This document shows, in pieces, positions 9,310-19,642 of a stretch of DNA of 64,000 nt (within the stretch, counting starts at the first letter, position 1; each line of letters starts with the position of its first letter). Under the pieces are notes generated by a model, which did no database searches, was not told where the DNA came from, and was given only the letters and a program-made list of their open reading frames with translations. The position numbers and the translations under genes were made by a program. The stretch is from assembly GCA_046290225.1 (NCBI GenBank), contig JBKAGE010000040.1, forward strand, positions 32,001-96,000, given 5' to 3'. The stretch comes from Bradymonadia bacterium (GTDB lineage: Bacteria; Myxococcota_A; Bradymonadia; UBA7976; UBA1532).

Positions 9310-10199
9310 GGATGCACCTTGTTGTCCGAGACGATGGGGTTGTCCGAGACGATGGGGTTGTCCGAGACGATGGGGTTGTCCGAGACGATGGGGTTGTCCG
9401 GGGCGATGGGAGTGACCAGGGCGTAGGGATCTTCTGTGAGCATTCGGAGGGCACAGTCGTGCAGGTCGGCGATGGCCACGGCGTAGCTCTGGCCATAGGG
9501 CGCAGCGACCTCGGTGAGCACCCCCGCTCGCCGCAGGGGCTCGGCGATGACGTCGAAGTTGGCCCGCCACTGTCTGCCCTGCGGATCATCCGCCCGGGCG
9601 TAGTACTTCAGGGTGACCTGCCGAGGCTCGCCGCTGTGATCCACCACAGTACGGGGCAGATCGAGCCACTGCCGGTACGGCACCTGTGCCAGGGCCTCCA
9701 TGTGATGCAGGTAGGTGCAGCCCCGGCGAAAGCCCACTCCCAACAACACCACGTGCATCTGTGCTGCATAGAGCCGCTCGAAGTCAGAGTCGGGCCCCAG
9801 TGAAACAGTGGGCGGCGTCGGCGTCATCAGCGCCTCTGCCCGAGGGCCCACGGCGACGTGGTTGTGTACGGGGCTCATGCTGCGCACGGCACTAGGCAGA
9901 GTGCGCACATACTCACTCAGAGCGCCGACACCTGTGCTCGGGCTGTGCACGACGTCGTAGGGCGCCTCGTGGGTGTTGAAGGTGTAGCTGGGCACCACCA
10001 CGGTGGCCTCGGGGCCCACCACGGCTCTCAGGGCCTGGTACACCATCTCGGGCCCGCTCTGGCCCTCTGAAACGCTCAGTCGCCCAAAGGCCATCAGGCT
10101 GCTGTGCACCACCACGTCGAGGCCTGCCCGCAGACCCAATGCCCGCAGATGTGCTTCCATCTGCGCGACGTCGGTGGTGTGTATGCTCGGTCTGCTCAT
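9306..10199 (-). CDS. AAC(3)/YokD (Antibiotic_NAT) family acyltransferase
   Basis: VVVHSSLMAFG, TVVVPSYT, GALSEYVR, RSMSPVH, SLGPDSDF, CTYLHHMEA. C-terminal (DNPIVS)n tail. Confidence 0.85.
   Translation of the reverse strand: MSRPSIHTTDVAQMEAHLRALGLRAGLDVVVHSSLMAFGRLSVSEGQSGPEMVYQALRAVVGPEATVVVPSYTFNTHEAPYDVVHSPSTGVGALSEYVRTLPSAVRSMSPVHNHVAVGPRAEALMTPTPPTVSLGPDSDFERLYAAQMHVVLLGVGFRRGCTYLHHMEALAQVPYRQWLDLPRTVVDHSGEPRQVTLKYYARADDPQGRQWRANFDVIAEPLRRAGVLTEVAAPYGQSYAVAIADLHDCALRMLTEDPYALVTPIAPDNPIVSDNPIVSDNPIVSDNPIVSDNKVHP
9321..9410. repeat. 18-bp tandem repeat GTTGTCCGAGACGATGGG, 4 perfect copies plus 1 degenerate
   Basis: Units at 9321, 9339, 9357, 9375 and variant at 9393. In frame in the AAC(3) gene, encoding DNPIVS repeats. 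Confidence 0.95.
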
Positions 10200-10389
10200 C
10201 AGCGACACTTTCAGATTATGGGGCGGGCGTACCCCTGTGGGAACGTCCATCCGGTGGGTGAAGCTTGAGGGCATTTGCACTTCGAGGCCAGATCGCGCGC
10301 TGATCTCAAGCTCGCAGAGGTCAGCAGCCGATGGGCACACTCGGACCGCAATCCACCAGCGTCGAATCAGAGCCTCACAGGAGATCGCC

Positions 10390-11457
10390 GTGGCCGCCAT
10401 GGAAGCCCCAGCCCCCGCACCGCAGTTCTCGGTCAACGACATCCGCCCGGTGGAGCTGGAAGCCCGGAAGAAGATCTTGTCGAGACAAGATCGAGAGGCC
10501 CTCTGGGCGATGCGGCACACCTTCATCGACGTGCCCTGCCCGGCCTGCGGCAGCACCGAGCACTCTCTGGCCTTTCGCAAAGACGAGTTCCCCTACGTGC
10601 GCTGCCACGGCTGCGACACCCACTACATCACCCCCCGCCCGCCGGCAGACCTGCTCGCCCGCTGGTACGCCGAGAGCGAGAACAGCCGCTTCTGGAACAC
10701 CCACGTCTACCCCATGAGCGAGCCCGCCCGTCGCGCCCGCATCTTTGGCCCTCGGGTCACCCGCCTGCTGGAGATCTTCGAGCGCCAGGGGGTACACCCA
10801 GGCTGTCTCGTAGAGGTGGGCGGCGGCTTCGGCACCTTCGTCGACGAGGCCCACCGACGTGGGGTCTTCGATCGCGTGATCGCCATCGAGCCGGTGCCCG
10901 AGCTCGCGGAGAACATTCGCCGCCGCGGAGTGGAGGTCATCGAGGCCGGAGTGGAAGCCGTGGTGGACGAGTCGGGCGTGCGCCCAGATTACATCGACGC
11001 GCTGCCTGAGGGCCTCGTGGACATGGTGGCGAGCTTCGAGGTCATCGAGCACCTCTATGACCCGGCGAGCTTCATCCAGGCGTGCGGGCGCTTACTGCGC
11101 CCTGGCGGTCTGCTCACCCTCACCTGCCCCAACGCCGCCGGCTTCGACATGGCCACTCTCGGCGGCAAATCGGGCAGCTTCAATTGCTACCACCTGAACT
11201 GTTTCACCACCGACGCCCTGATTCACCTAGTGGAGCGCCTGGGCTTTGAGGTGGTGGAGGTGATGACCCCCGGCGCTCTGGACGCCGAGCTGGTACGGCA
11301 ACAGGCTCTGAGCGGCGACATCGACTTGTCAGGGCAGCCCTTCTTGCAGAAGGTGCTCGTGGACGACTGGGACACGCTCGGCGGCGCATTTCAGGACTTC
11401 CTGGCGCAGAACGGGATGTCGAGCCACCTGTGGCTGGTGGCCCGCCGGCCAGGGTGA
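10390..11457 (+). CDS. Class I SAM-dependent methyltransferase with N-terminal Zn-binding CxxC pairs
   Basis: CPACG and CHGCD; VEVGGGFG; SFEVIEHLYDP; LLRPGG. AGGAG RBS before GTG 10390. Confidence 0.85.
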   Translation: MAAMEAPAPAPQFSVNDIRPVELEARKKILSRQDREALWAMRHTFIDVPCPACGSTEHSLAFRKDEFPYVRCHGCDTHYITPRPPADLLARWYAESENSRFWNTHVYPMSEPARRARIFGPRVTRLLEIFERQGVHPGCLVEVGGGFGTFVDEAHRRGVFDRVIAIEPVPELAENIRRRGVEVIEAGVEAVVDESGVRPDYIDALPEGLVDMVASFEVIEHLYDPASFIQACGRLLRPGGLLTLTCPNAAGFDMATLGGKSGSFNCYHLNCFTTDALIHLVERLGFEVVEVMTPGALDAELVRQQALSGDIDLSGQPFLQKVLVDDWDTLGGAFQDFLAQNGMSSHLWLVARRPG

Positions 11458-11638
11458 ACCCGAGCCCTTCAGGTACCTGCCAACAGAGCATCCCAAAGCC
11501 AATTGACTGTGTAACCTCCCCACCTGAAGCTGCCCTGCCTGACATGTGTCAACCAGGACTCGTACTCATTTTCCCCTCAGCACAATCGACCGTTTCAATA
11601 TATATATATTCCATAGGGGAACTGGTGAGGGTCTAACG

Positions 11639-13435
11639 GTGTCGAAGCATCGTACAGGCAAGTCTTCTCGACTCGGCCGTCTGCTGGCCTGGCGCTATCT
11701 CGTAGCGCTGTCTCTCATATTTTGCCTGTCTTGTTGCGGACTCTTCTACCTGCTCCAACACCTCAATCACGCATCGAGCGACGGACTCGTCATCAACCTG
11801 GCGGGTCAGCAGCGCATGCTCAACCAGCGGGTCGCGCTACAGACAACACGGCTACAGAGCGCCGAGTCCGACGAAGAGCGCGCTCTGGTCAAAACATCGC
11901 TGGCGCAAGACATTGCTCGGATGCGTGCAGCGCACAAGGCGCTGAAATACAACGAATCTGATGCCATGGCGGCATTGCTGATCAAACAATCCCAAACCAG
12001 CCATACGCCTCATCAACTCGAGGTCGATCTACATGCCTATACAGCCACTGCGGAGCGGGCGTTGGCAGGCGAGCCCATCGATCTCGGCGCACTCTTGAGC
12101 CAGAGCGCAGCTCTGCAACAACAGCTGCACTCAGCAGTGGCATCGAGAGAGCGGGCAGCCAAAGACAAGATCACCTACCTGACCCAAGTTGAGTGGTTGC
12201 TGTGGGGCTTGACCTGCCTGGTGCTGCTCGTGGAGTTGTGGCTCATCTTTCTGCCCAGCCTGCGCTCTGTCGAATCCACGCTGGCCACCGAAGAAGCCAT
12301 GCGAAAAGAGGCTGAGCTCGCACATCAGATCCAAGAGCGTTTCATCACGACGATGAGCCATGAGATCCGCACGCCGCTCAACGCCATCATCGGCTGCGCT
12401 CAGCTGATCCAGGAGCATGCGCTGCCCCACACAGTGACTGAACACATGCACGACCTGGACGGCGCCGCCCAGCACCTCCTCTCCCTCGTGGACAACATCC
12501 TCGACGCCCACAAACTGTCTGCGGGCTTGCTCGATCTGTCGCTGAACCCGACCCCTCTCGCTGAGTTGACACACGAGGTTCTGGCCATTTGCAGGCCCCT
12601 GGCGACACACGCTGGTCTCGAATTGTGCGTAGAGTCTGATCTACCAGGATCACATGTCGTCGACGTAGACGCCCATCGTGTACGGCAAATCTTGCTGAAC
12701 CTGATCGGCAACGCGATCAAGTTCACGCCGAGCGGCTCGATTACGCTGGGCATTCAGCGTGAGGCAGAGGGTGTGTCCTTCAGCGTGTCCGACACTGGCC
12801 CGGGGATCCCCGAGGCCCAACAACACAAGCTCTTCGAGCGCTTTCAGCAACTCTCCACTCACATCCACGGCACGGGCCTCGGGCTCTCGATCAGCAGAGA
12901 GCTGGCCACCCTGATGCAAGGCCGCCTGGAGTTGACCGGCAGCAGCGCGAAGGGATCGACCTTCACCCTCTGGCTGCCACTGACGCCTGTCCCTGCCCAA
13001 TCGAAGCTCTCCGCCGAGCCCACACCTCTGGAGGCACTTCTCGATGGCGCCCCTCTGGAGATCCTCGTCGCCGAGGACAACGCCATCAACCAGCGTATCA
13101 TCCAGCGGGCTCTGGAGGGCATTGGATGCCGAGTCACCGTCAAGGCAGACGGTCAACGCGCCCTCGATGCAGCCCGGGAGAATCGCTTCGACTTGATCGT
13201 CGTGGACAACCAGATGCCAATCCTGAACGGTGAGCAGACCATTCGTGCTCTGCGCGAGCTCCAAAACCAGCCCACCGATCCGGAGGTGCCCATCATCGTG
13301 CTGACAGCAGACGCTACGGCGACGACCAAAAACCGCACGTTGGCAGCGGGCGCGACGGCCTTCATGACCAAGCCCGTCTCCATCGCCACGCTTCGGGCTC
13401 AGGTACGGGCGCTGTGCGTCGCCGAGGCCGCCTGA
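11639..13435 (+). CDS. Membrane hybrid sensor histidine kinase with NarX/PilJ-like periplasmic domain
   Basis: Two TM segments; [14 protein letters not shown]-box-like motif; [26 protein letters not shown]-terminal receiver ILVAEDN...KP. Confidence 0.9.
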   Translation: MSKHRTGKSSRLGRLLAWRYLVALSLIFCLSCCGLFYLLQHLNHASSDGLVINLAGQQRMLNQRVALQTTRLQSAESDEERALVKTSLAQDIARMRAAHKALKYNESDAMAALLIKQSQTSHTPHQLEVDLHAYTATAERALAGEPIDLGALLSQSAALQQQLHSAVASRERAAKDKITYLTQVEWLLWGLTCLVLLVELWLIFLPSLRSVESTLATEEAMRKEAELAHQIQERFITTMSHEIRTPLNAIIGCAQLIQEHALPHTVTEHMHDLDGAAQHLLSLVDNILDAHKLSAGLLDLSLNPTPLAELTHEVLAICRPLATHAGLELCVESDLPGSHVVDVDAHRVRQILLNLIGNAIKFTPSGSITLGIQREAEGVSFSVSDTGPGIPEAQQHKLFERFQQLSTHIHGTGLGLSISRELATLMQGRLELTGSSAKGSTFTLWLPLTPVPAQSKLSAEPTPLEALLDGAPLEILVAEDNAINQRIIQRALEGIGCRVTVKADGQRALDAARENRFDLIVVDNQMPILNGEQTIRALRELQNQPTDPEVPIIVLTADATATTKNRTLAAGATAFMTKPVSIATLRAQVRALCVAEAA

Positions 13436-14490
13436 ATCTGCTCGATGAGCTGTGTCGCTTCACCCTGATGGTGGGCCAGCATGACCTCGCTGATCTGGCT
13501 GGCGTGCCGACACGACATGGCCTTTTGCACCACGGAGAGCGCCGTGGGCAAATCCGCCGGCTCACCACGTAGATAGAGCGCCTTCCCCAAACTGAAGAGC
13601 AGGTCGGGGTGTTCGGGGGAGATCTCCAGGGTGCGCTGTAACAGCGCGATGGCCTGAGGCAGTCGACCACGATCAGCGCCGAAGGCCTTGAGCAGTGTGT
13701 AGACTGCCTCGACCACGGGGCCCTTTCTACGATCGAGCAACTGCTCCACCGAAGGACTCAACACCGTGATGGCTTCAGTGAAGCGCTGGAGCTTCACGTA
13801 CTCGCGGCCCAAGTAGAAACCCAACACAGGATCCCCAGGGTGCTCGGCCAGATCGAGCGTGAGCAGCTTCAACGCCCGCTCGCTCTTGCGGCGATCCCGG
13901 TACACCTGCGGATCATAACCAGTGTGTACGATCTGCAACCCGTCGAGGCGGATCGTGCGCCCACCCTCAATGCTCGGGCGCTCGTGGATACGGCCGGTGT
14001 ATTTCAACGTGGGATGTCGGGCAAAGAGCCGCGGGGCATGGAAACTGGAGATCGCCTGACCATCGCGCTGTTGATTGAGGATGCGCAGCAAGTAAGTGTC
14101 GGTGGTCTTGCGCTGAGGTTGTTGCAGATACCCCCTCAGCTGTGAAGGGTTGGGCACCTCGAGACATTCGTCGGCGTCGAGCACGAGGATCCAGCGGCCC
14201 GTGCAATGCTTCAGCGCTCGATTGCGCGCCGCAGAAAAGTCATCGGACCAGGGCTGACGTACCACCTGGGCGCCGAAGCCCTCGGCGATCTGCACCGTGT
14301 CGTCGGTGCTGCCCGTGTCGACGACGACGATCTCGTCCACCACCCCCTGCACACTTTGCAATGCAGCAGGCAGCGTCTCCGCTTCGTCGCGGACGATCAT
14401 CGCCAGAGATACGAGTGGACCCATGGCAGCGCCGGCACGTGTGTGGGGGGAGCGTCGCGCGCTCTTGCGCGGTTTGATGCGTCTGACCAT
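13399..14490 (-). CDS. GT2 glycosyltransferase with C-terminal TPRs
   Basis: [42 protein letters not shown], followed by helical TPR-like repeats. Confidence 0.88.
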   Translation of the reverse strand: MVRRIKPRKSARRSPHTRAGAAMGPLVSLAMIVRDEAETLPAALQSVQGVVDEIVVVDTGSTDDTVQIAEGFGAQVVRQPWSDDFSAARNRALKHCTGRWILVLDADECLEVPNPSQLRGYLQQPQRKTTDTYLLRILNQQRDGQAISSFHAPRLFARHPTLKYTGRIHERPSIEGGRTIRLDGLQIVHTGYDPQVYRDRRKSERALKLLTLDLAEHPGDPVLGFYLGREYVKLQRFTEAITVLSPSVEQLLDRRKGPVVEAVYTLLKAFGADRGRLPQAIALLQRTLEISPEHPDLLFSLGKALYLRGEPADLPTALSVVQKAMSCRHASQISEVMLAHHQGEATQLIEQIQAASATHSART

Positions 14491-14527
14491 GCCCAGATTA
14501 CGGGTAGAGATGCCGCGGCCCTTGAGG

Positions 14528-15364
14528 CTATCGAGACGGGCCTTCTCGCCGAAGCTCCACCTTCACGGGCCGCCCTCGGCGCATCACCGTGAGCACCACC
14601 CGCTCGGCGGTTTTGTGATCTTCGAGGGCGGTGAGGGCTGCGGTGAGCGAGGTCAAGGGTTGATCACCCACCTGATGCAGCACATCTCCGCTCTGCAGGC
14701 CGATCTTCCGGGCGATGCTCCTCGGCCGGGCGCTCAAGCGAAAGCCCTCGAGGCCTTCCGCGCCCTGTACGGGCCGCATACGCACGCCGAGCAGGTTGGG
14801 GTCCGCCATCCACGCCTCCACAGCATCTCCGGGCACACCCCAGACACCAGGGGCGATGGCTCGAGGGGTCACGGCGCTCAACCGACGACGGACAGGACGC
14901 CTCGACACACGCGGGGCCTGAGGCCTTGACGGTGGGGGTGCGGCCTGAAGGCGCTCGCCCTTGGACACGCAGACCCGCTCTCCATTGGGCCGCTTCACCG
15001 TGAGGCCCGAAACGCTGATCTCTTCCACCACCCCTCGAGACAGCGGGCTGCCAGGGCTCACCATCCACGGCAGCATCCATCGTGTGTCGTACACCATGGC
15101 CATGCCTCCGCCAGTGCTCGATGTGGCGAGGCTGGTGAGCATGACGAGGTGAGAGGGCGCCTCGAGACACCCACCATCAGGTGCATGTGTCTGAGAACGC
15201 TCGACCTTCTCGACAGGGGATGGTGACTCGGCCCTCGTCGGTGTCACTGTGCTCGGCGAGGGCCCGCTCGCAGGCGCTCCCGAGTCACCTCGGGCCCAGA
15301 GCCATGTGCCCACGGCGATCACGACGCCGCCGGTGAGGATCGAAATGAAATGTGATGTGCGCAT
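14528..15364 (-). CDS. GspC-like type II secretion protein / PDZ-domain membrane protein
   Basis: N-terminal TM, Pro-rich linker, HR-like segment, C-terminal PDZ (GFRLS...KIGLQSGDVLHQVGD...VMRRGRP). Confidence 0.65.
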   Translation of the reverse strand: MRTSHFISILTGGVVIAVGTWLWARGDSGAPASGPSPSTVTPTRAESPSPVEKVERSQTHAPDGGCLEAPSHLVMLTSLATSSTGGGMAMVYDTRWMLPWMVSPGSPLSRGVVEEISVSGLTVKRPNGERVCVSKGERLQAAPPPSRPQAPRVSRRPVRRRLSAVTPRAIAPGVWGVPGDAVEAWMADPNLLGVRMRPVQGAEGLEGFRLSARPRSIARKIGLQSGDVLHQVGDQPLTSLTAALTALEDHKTAERVVLTVMRRGRPVKVELRREGPSR

Positions 15365-15429
15365 GCCCAGGTGAACCCTGAGGACAGGGGTTTTATGCCT
15401 CGGAGAATGCACACATGCGGGAAACCCCG

Positions 15430-17853
15430 TCAGTAGCATGCCCCCACGCCTGTGAAATCACGTCGGCACTCCAGGCCCTCGGGGCACTCGGCGGTGTCAT
15501 CACAGCCGGGAGCACATGCCATGAAAGGTTGGAGCGGATCTCGAGTGAGGTTGACGCACCGCTGCCCTTCGGCGCACGGCGCTGTACTGCAGAGCTGGCT
15601 GCAACGCCCCCCGGCATAAGCGGTGAGGCAGATCCCCGTGGCGCAGGCGCTGTTGGCTTCGCACGGTGTCATCACAGCCCCCTCGCCTTGAGGCAGACAT
15701 GCACCGATGGGGGTCTCCTGAAATACAGAGGCGCACACCTCACCGTCTGTACACGGCAAGGTGTCTGCACGACATGGCGCTCGGCAACGCGCCCCCTGAC
15801 CATCTCCGACATCGAGGCAGACCCAACCCGAGGCATCACAATCAGGCCCGGCCTCACACTCAGCGCCTACAGGCGCCGCTTCAGGCTCAGGGAGAGCACA
15901 CACCCCCGTGCCATCGAGGCTGACCGGTGCACACAGCTCCTCAGGGGCACACGACGCGTCACCGAGCGCACACCCGAAAAGACACATCTCCCCCCCGAGC
16001 ACTGAAGTGCATGTCGACATCTCCGGGCATGCGCCCCCGTCGCCACACGGCGCAGTACACCGGCGGCCCCGACAGATCCCGGAGCTGCACACATCGCCTG
16101 TCTCACACACTGCACCCGGCGCACTCTCACCGACAGCAAGGCACCACGCACCAGGGCCCAACGTCACACAGCGCTGGCCATCCTCACATGTATCCGCCAC
16201 ACACCGAGGCCGGCACCGGCCATCGAGACACAGACCCGAAGCACACATCGAAGCATCGATGCACGCCTCACCATCAGCCACGTCGCCGGGTTGTTCGCAC
16301 TGGCCCGGGAGTCCCTGGGCCCTCTGACACCTGAAGCCAGGCCGGCAATCGAGATCGACCTCGCATTGGGGTGTGCACTGACCGGCCCGACAGAGCAGCC
16401 CTTCCGGACACAGCCCCTCCGGGCATGGTGGTGCACAGCGCCCGCGGGTACAGAGCAAACCCTCGGCACATGCCTCGGGCTCGTCCTCACAGGCCGCCCC
16501 TGCAGGCCGAGCCTCAGGGGCTGCACAGCGCGGACCTCGGGCAAAATCGAAGCACTGTGCACCTGCAGGGCAGAGACCGTCGTCGCACGCTGCGATACAG
16601 CGCCCTTCGAGGCATGTGCCGCTGATGCACTGCTCGTCGAAGGCACAGACATCACCCGCAGAGGCGGCGCCCCGCAGTAGACAGATCGGGCCACTTGGAA
16701 ACGACAGGCTGCAGTATGCGCTCGAAGGGCAGTCGTCATCGTCGGCGCAGCTCGGGTAGCAAAAGGCTCCTTCGAGGAATGTGGCGCACGTCGCCCCCTC
16801 GGGGCATGACCCTTCAGCGCAGGCAGGCATACAGCGGCCCGCAGCACACAGGCCGGTCTCACATTCGCCATCCTGTCGGCAATCGGCTCCGACGAGCACC
16901 GGCCCTCGATCGACGCACCGGCCCCCAGCGATGTCCACGAGGCAGGTCTCTGCAGGCGGACACGGCGTCTGTGCATCGCAGCGTTGCTGGCACAGCCCGT
17001 CGTCACACAGCGCGCTCTCACAGTCGAGATTGCGCTCACATGGCTCTCCAGAGGCCAACGCGCCTCGGGTGGCGCACAACCGCCGGCCCCCAGAGACGAC
17101 ACAGACACCGCTCTCGCCGCAGTCTGCAGAGGTGGCGCACAAGCGCTCGCAGAGGGCGAGCTGTTCGAAGACCACACATCGCCGGTCGTCCTCACAGCGC
17201 TCTGTCTCGGTACACGCGGAGGCACACCGCCCGCCCCGACAAATCCCAGAGCGACAATCCTCTCCCACTGCACAGGGCGCTTCTGCCAGCCCATCACCCG
17301 CAGCAACGCACACCGATTGCGTGTGCAGTGGCAGGCAGGCCTGCCCCGAGGGGCACTCACCTGCTTCACATGCGCCGAGGCACTGACCCTCAGCGCACAC
17401 CCAGGTGGCGCAGTCGGCCGCGAGCGTACACGCATCACCGGCGCCACCGGGCCCTGGTGCGACACACATCCCCAGGCTCGGGCCGAGCACGGCACACAGC
17501 TGATCTCCAGGGCAAGTGCCCGGGCCTTCACACACGCCCGCACACCATTGACCATCGGCCCGTTCGAGACACGCAGGTGTCAGCTCCGGGCAGTCGTCGT
17601 CGGTCTCACAGGCTTCGGTACACACCCCCTGTACGCACTCGCCTCGGGCGCACTGCAGCGTCTGTCCACACGAGGCGCCAGGGGGCAGTGGCCCCCGAGC
17701 AGCATCTGGTGGCTCGACGTCTGCGATCTCGGCATCAGGAGGCGCGGCATCAGCGGGTGCAGCGTCGGAGGTGTCATCACATCCCCACAACACCAGGAAG
17801 AGCGGGGCCAGGGCGAGCAGCGCTGGCGCCCACCGGATCTTGTGTTTTGTCAT
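15430..17853 (-). CDS. Cysteine-rich repeat lipoprotein
   Basis: Lipobox LWGC, PDA linker, then many disulfide-type repeats (C...C.SG.C..G.C...C). Roughly one residue in six is Cys. Confidence 0.82.
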   Translation of the reverse strand: MTKHKIRWAPALLALAPLFLVLWGCDDTSDAAPADAAPPDAEIADVEPPDAARGPLPPGASCGQTLQCARGECVQGVCTEACETDDDCPELTPACLERADGQWCAGVCEGPGTCPGDQLCAVLGPSLGMCVAPGPGGAGDACTLAADCATWVCAEGQCLGACEAGECPSGQACLPLHTQSVCVAAGDGLAEAPCAVGEDCRSGICRGGRCASACTETERCEDDRRCVVFEQLALCERLCATSADCGESGVCVVSGGRRLCATRGALASGEPCERNLDCESALCDDGLCQQRCDAQTPCPPAETCLVDIAGGRCVDRGPVLVGADCRQDGECETGLCAAGRCMPACAEGSCPEGATCATFLEGAFCYPSCADDDDCPSSAYCSLSFPSGPICLLRGAASAGDVCAFDEQCISGTCLEGRCIAACDDGLCPAGAQCFDFARGPRCAAPEARPAGAACEDEPEACAEGLLCTRGRCAPPCPEGLCPEGLLCRAGQCTPQCEVDLDCRPGFRCQRAQGLPGQCEQPGDVADGEACIDASMCASGLCLDGRCRPRCVADTCEDGQRCVTLGPGAWCLAVGESAPGAVCETGDVCSSGICRGRRCTAPCGDGGACPEMSTCTSVLGGEMCLFGCALGDASCAPEELCAPVSLDGTGVCALPEPEAAPVGAECEAGPDCDASGWVCLDVGDGQGARCRAPCRADTLPCTDGEVCASVFQETPIGACLPQGEGAVMTPCEANSACATGICLTAYAGGRCSQLCSTAPCAEGQRCVNLTRDPLQPFMACAPGCDDTAECPEGLECRRDFTGVGACY

Positions 17854-17889
17854 GCGTTCAGCGGGGGCACACATGGCGCCGAGAGTAGA

Positions 17890-19638
17890 TCAACGCTCCG
17901 CTTCAGAGACAGGTCTCTCCGCAAGGGGGGCGTATGAGGCGGGGACATCTTCAAGGGGGATCGCGCTGAAGGGGGCCAGCACGGGCTCGGTGTCTACAGG
18001 GGCCGTGGCGAGATCCTGCCCGGGCATTTCACCGGCCACTCGACGACCTCTCAGCAATGAAGCGCTGGTCCGTGGGGCGCACCACATGCCATCCGAGGTC
18101 CGAGCCCACCATACGCCCTTCTCCTGAGCCTTCTCGCCGGCGAAGGTGTACTTCCAGCGCCGAGCCCTCAGCTGTCGTGGAGGCGTCCTGGGGAACGGGT
18201 TCTTCTCGAAGAGCGACAAGACCTCGGCATCGTTACTCGCCAAACCTCTCATCAACCCATCAAGCCAGTAGGGCTTCGAAGAGCGTCGACGATCCTGTCG
18301 ACAGTCCGATCCGAGAGAAGGCGCCCACATGTGCCAGTCGAGGCGGGGCATGTGGAACCCGGTGAAGGCCGGCGCGGTCTTGAGATCACCAGGCTTGTAC
18401 TTGAAAACGTACGGCTTCCAGGTTCGGCCATCGGCGGAGCCCTCGATGGAGATCTCCACCCGCTCGCTCACCACCTGGGCGAAGAGCCCGTAGGGCCCCG
18501 AGGCCATACGCCACGGCCGCACGTAACCATCGACAGTCTGGGCCCACCCGGGCAGCTCCATCCGGCTCGCCTCGAGAATCTTGCCCACGCTGTGGGGCAC
18601 ATAGAGCAACATGACCAGCACGGCGGCCACAGCCGCCCCGTGCCCCAGGCCCTGCTTCATCTTTTCTTTGGTCGGCACCTTGGGCTTCTTGGGCTTTTTC
18701 TTCTTCTTGGCCTTCTTGCCCTCTTCGGGCTTCGGCGCAGGCGCCGCCTCTGCCTTCGGTGCTTCCTTGGGCTTGGGGAACCACTTCGCCTTCACCTTGC
18801 CAGGCATGATCTTCGCCAGCGCCTTGTCGTCGATGATGACCAGGCAGAGCGTAAGCACCAGCAAGTTGAAGAAGCCGTAATTCCCCGTGGCGGCGAAGAT
18901 GATCTGCAGCCCCACGAGGGGCACGAAGGCCCAAACCCGCAGTTTTCTCGGGGCGAAGAGCAGCAACGGCACCACCAGCTCGATGATCAACGTGATGGCC
19001 ACCGAGGCCTGATGGAACCAGCTCGGCAGCTGATGGGCATACCAGGCCACGCGATGGGGCAACGGCTGGGTCCAGTAGTGCAACGTGGTGGCCTGCAGAC
19101 CCACCCAGGCCTCATCAAGGTTCACCAGCTTCACCATGCCCGAGGAGAACATGAGCTTGAACAGCGCCACCCTCAACACCCAGGGTGCGAGCTTGGGGAT
19201 CTTCCCACCAAGACCCGGTCTCAGCCCCATGGGGGCCCAGAGCAGGGAGAGCAACGCCACCTCGGCGAGCAATACATCCCACTGATAGCTCATGAAGCTG
19301 CCGCTGAGGTTGATGAGCGATGCATAGAGCACCCAACCCACGAGCAGTGAGACCTGAGGCAACAGGTTGAACATGAGCAGGGCGGAGACGATGGCCCCAC
19401 CAGCACACATGAGATCGAGGGCGGTCTCTCCTGCCCCGAGCCAGCCCAGCGTGGGGGCCCGCCACCACGCAAAGGAGCCACCCGAGGTCAGGCTCGCTCG
19501 AACACCATCGAGATATTGCTCTGCTGGGAGCACGCCCGTAGGGCCAGAGAGCCCCTGAATCTGCACCCACAGCGAGATGAAGGCCAGGAGCATGATGGCC
19601 CCGAGCAGGCGCAGATACAGCCATCTGGTCCTGAGCAT
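17890..19638 (-). CDS. Lipase maturation factor (LMF1) family membrane protein
   Basis: YQWDVLLAE, LMFSSGMVK, HYWTQPLP, TGNYGFFNLL, YGLFA, KYKPGD, HMPRLDWHMW. Confidence 0.9.
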   Translation of the reverse strand: MLRTRWLYLRLLGAIMLLAFISLWVQIQGLSGPTGVLPAEQYLDGVRASLTSGGSFAWWRAPTLGWLGAGETALDLMCAGGAIVSALLMFNLLPQVSLLVGWVLYASLINLSGSFMSYQWDVLLAEVALLSLLWAPMGLRPGLGGKIPKLAPWVLRVALFKLMFSSGMVKLVNLDEAWVGLQATTLHYWTQPLPHRVAWYAHQLPSWFHQASVAITLIIELVVPLLLFAPRKLRVWAFVPLVGLQIIFAATGNYGFFNLLVLTLCLVIIDDKALAKIMPGKVKAKWFPKPKEAPKAEAAPAPKPEEGKKAKKKKKPKKPKVPTKEKMKQGLGHGAAVAAVLVMLLYVPHSVGKILEASRMELPGWAQTVDGYVRPWRMASGPYGLFAQVVSERVEISIEGSADGRTWKPYVFKYKPGDLKTAPAFTGFHMPRLDWHMWAPSLGSDCRQDRRRSSKPYWLDGLMRGLASNDAEVLSLFEKNPFPRTPPRQLRARRWKYTFAGEKAQEKGVWWARTSDGMWCAPRTSASLLRGRRVAGEMPGQDLATAPVDTEPVLAPFSAIPLEDVPASYAPLAERPVSEAER

Positions 19639-19642
19639 GGGA

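Noticed and set aside
9306..10199. Aminoglycoside resistance gene aac(3)
   Set aside because: It is coupled to an A-domain, ACP and DUF4910 with no mobile context; a biosynthetic role fits better.
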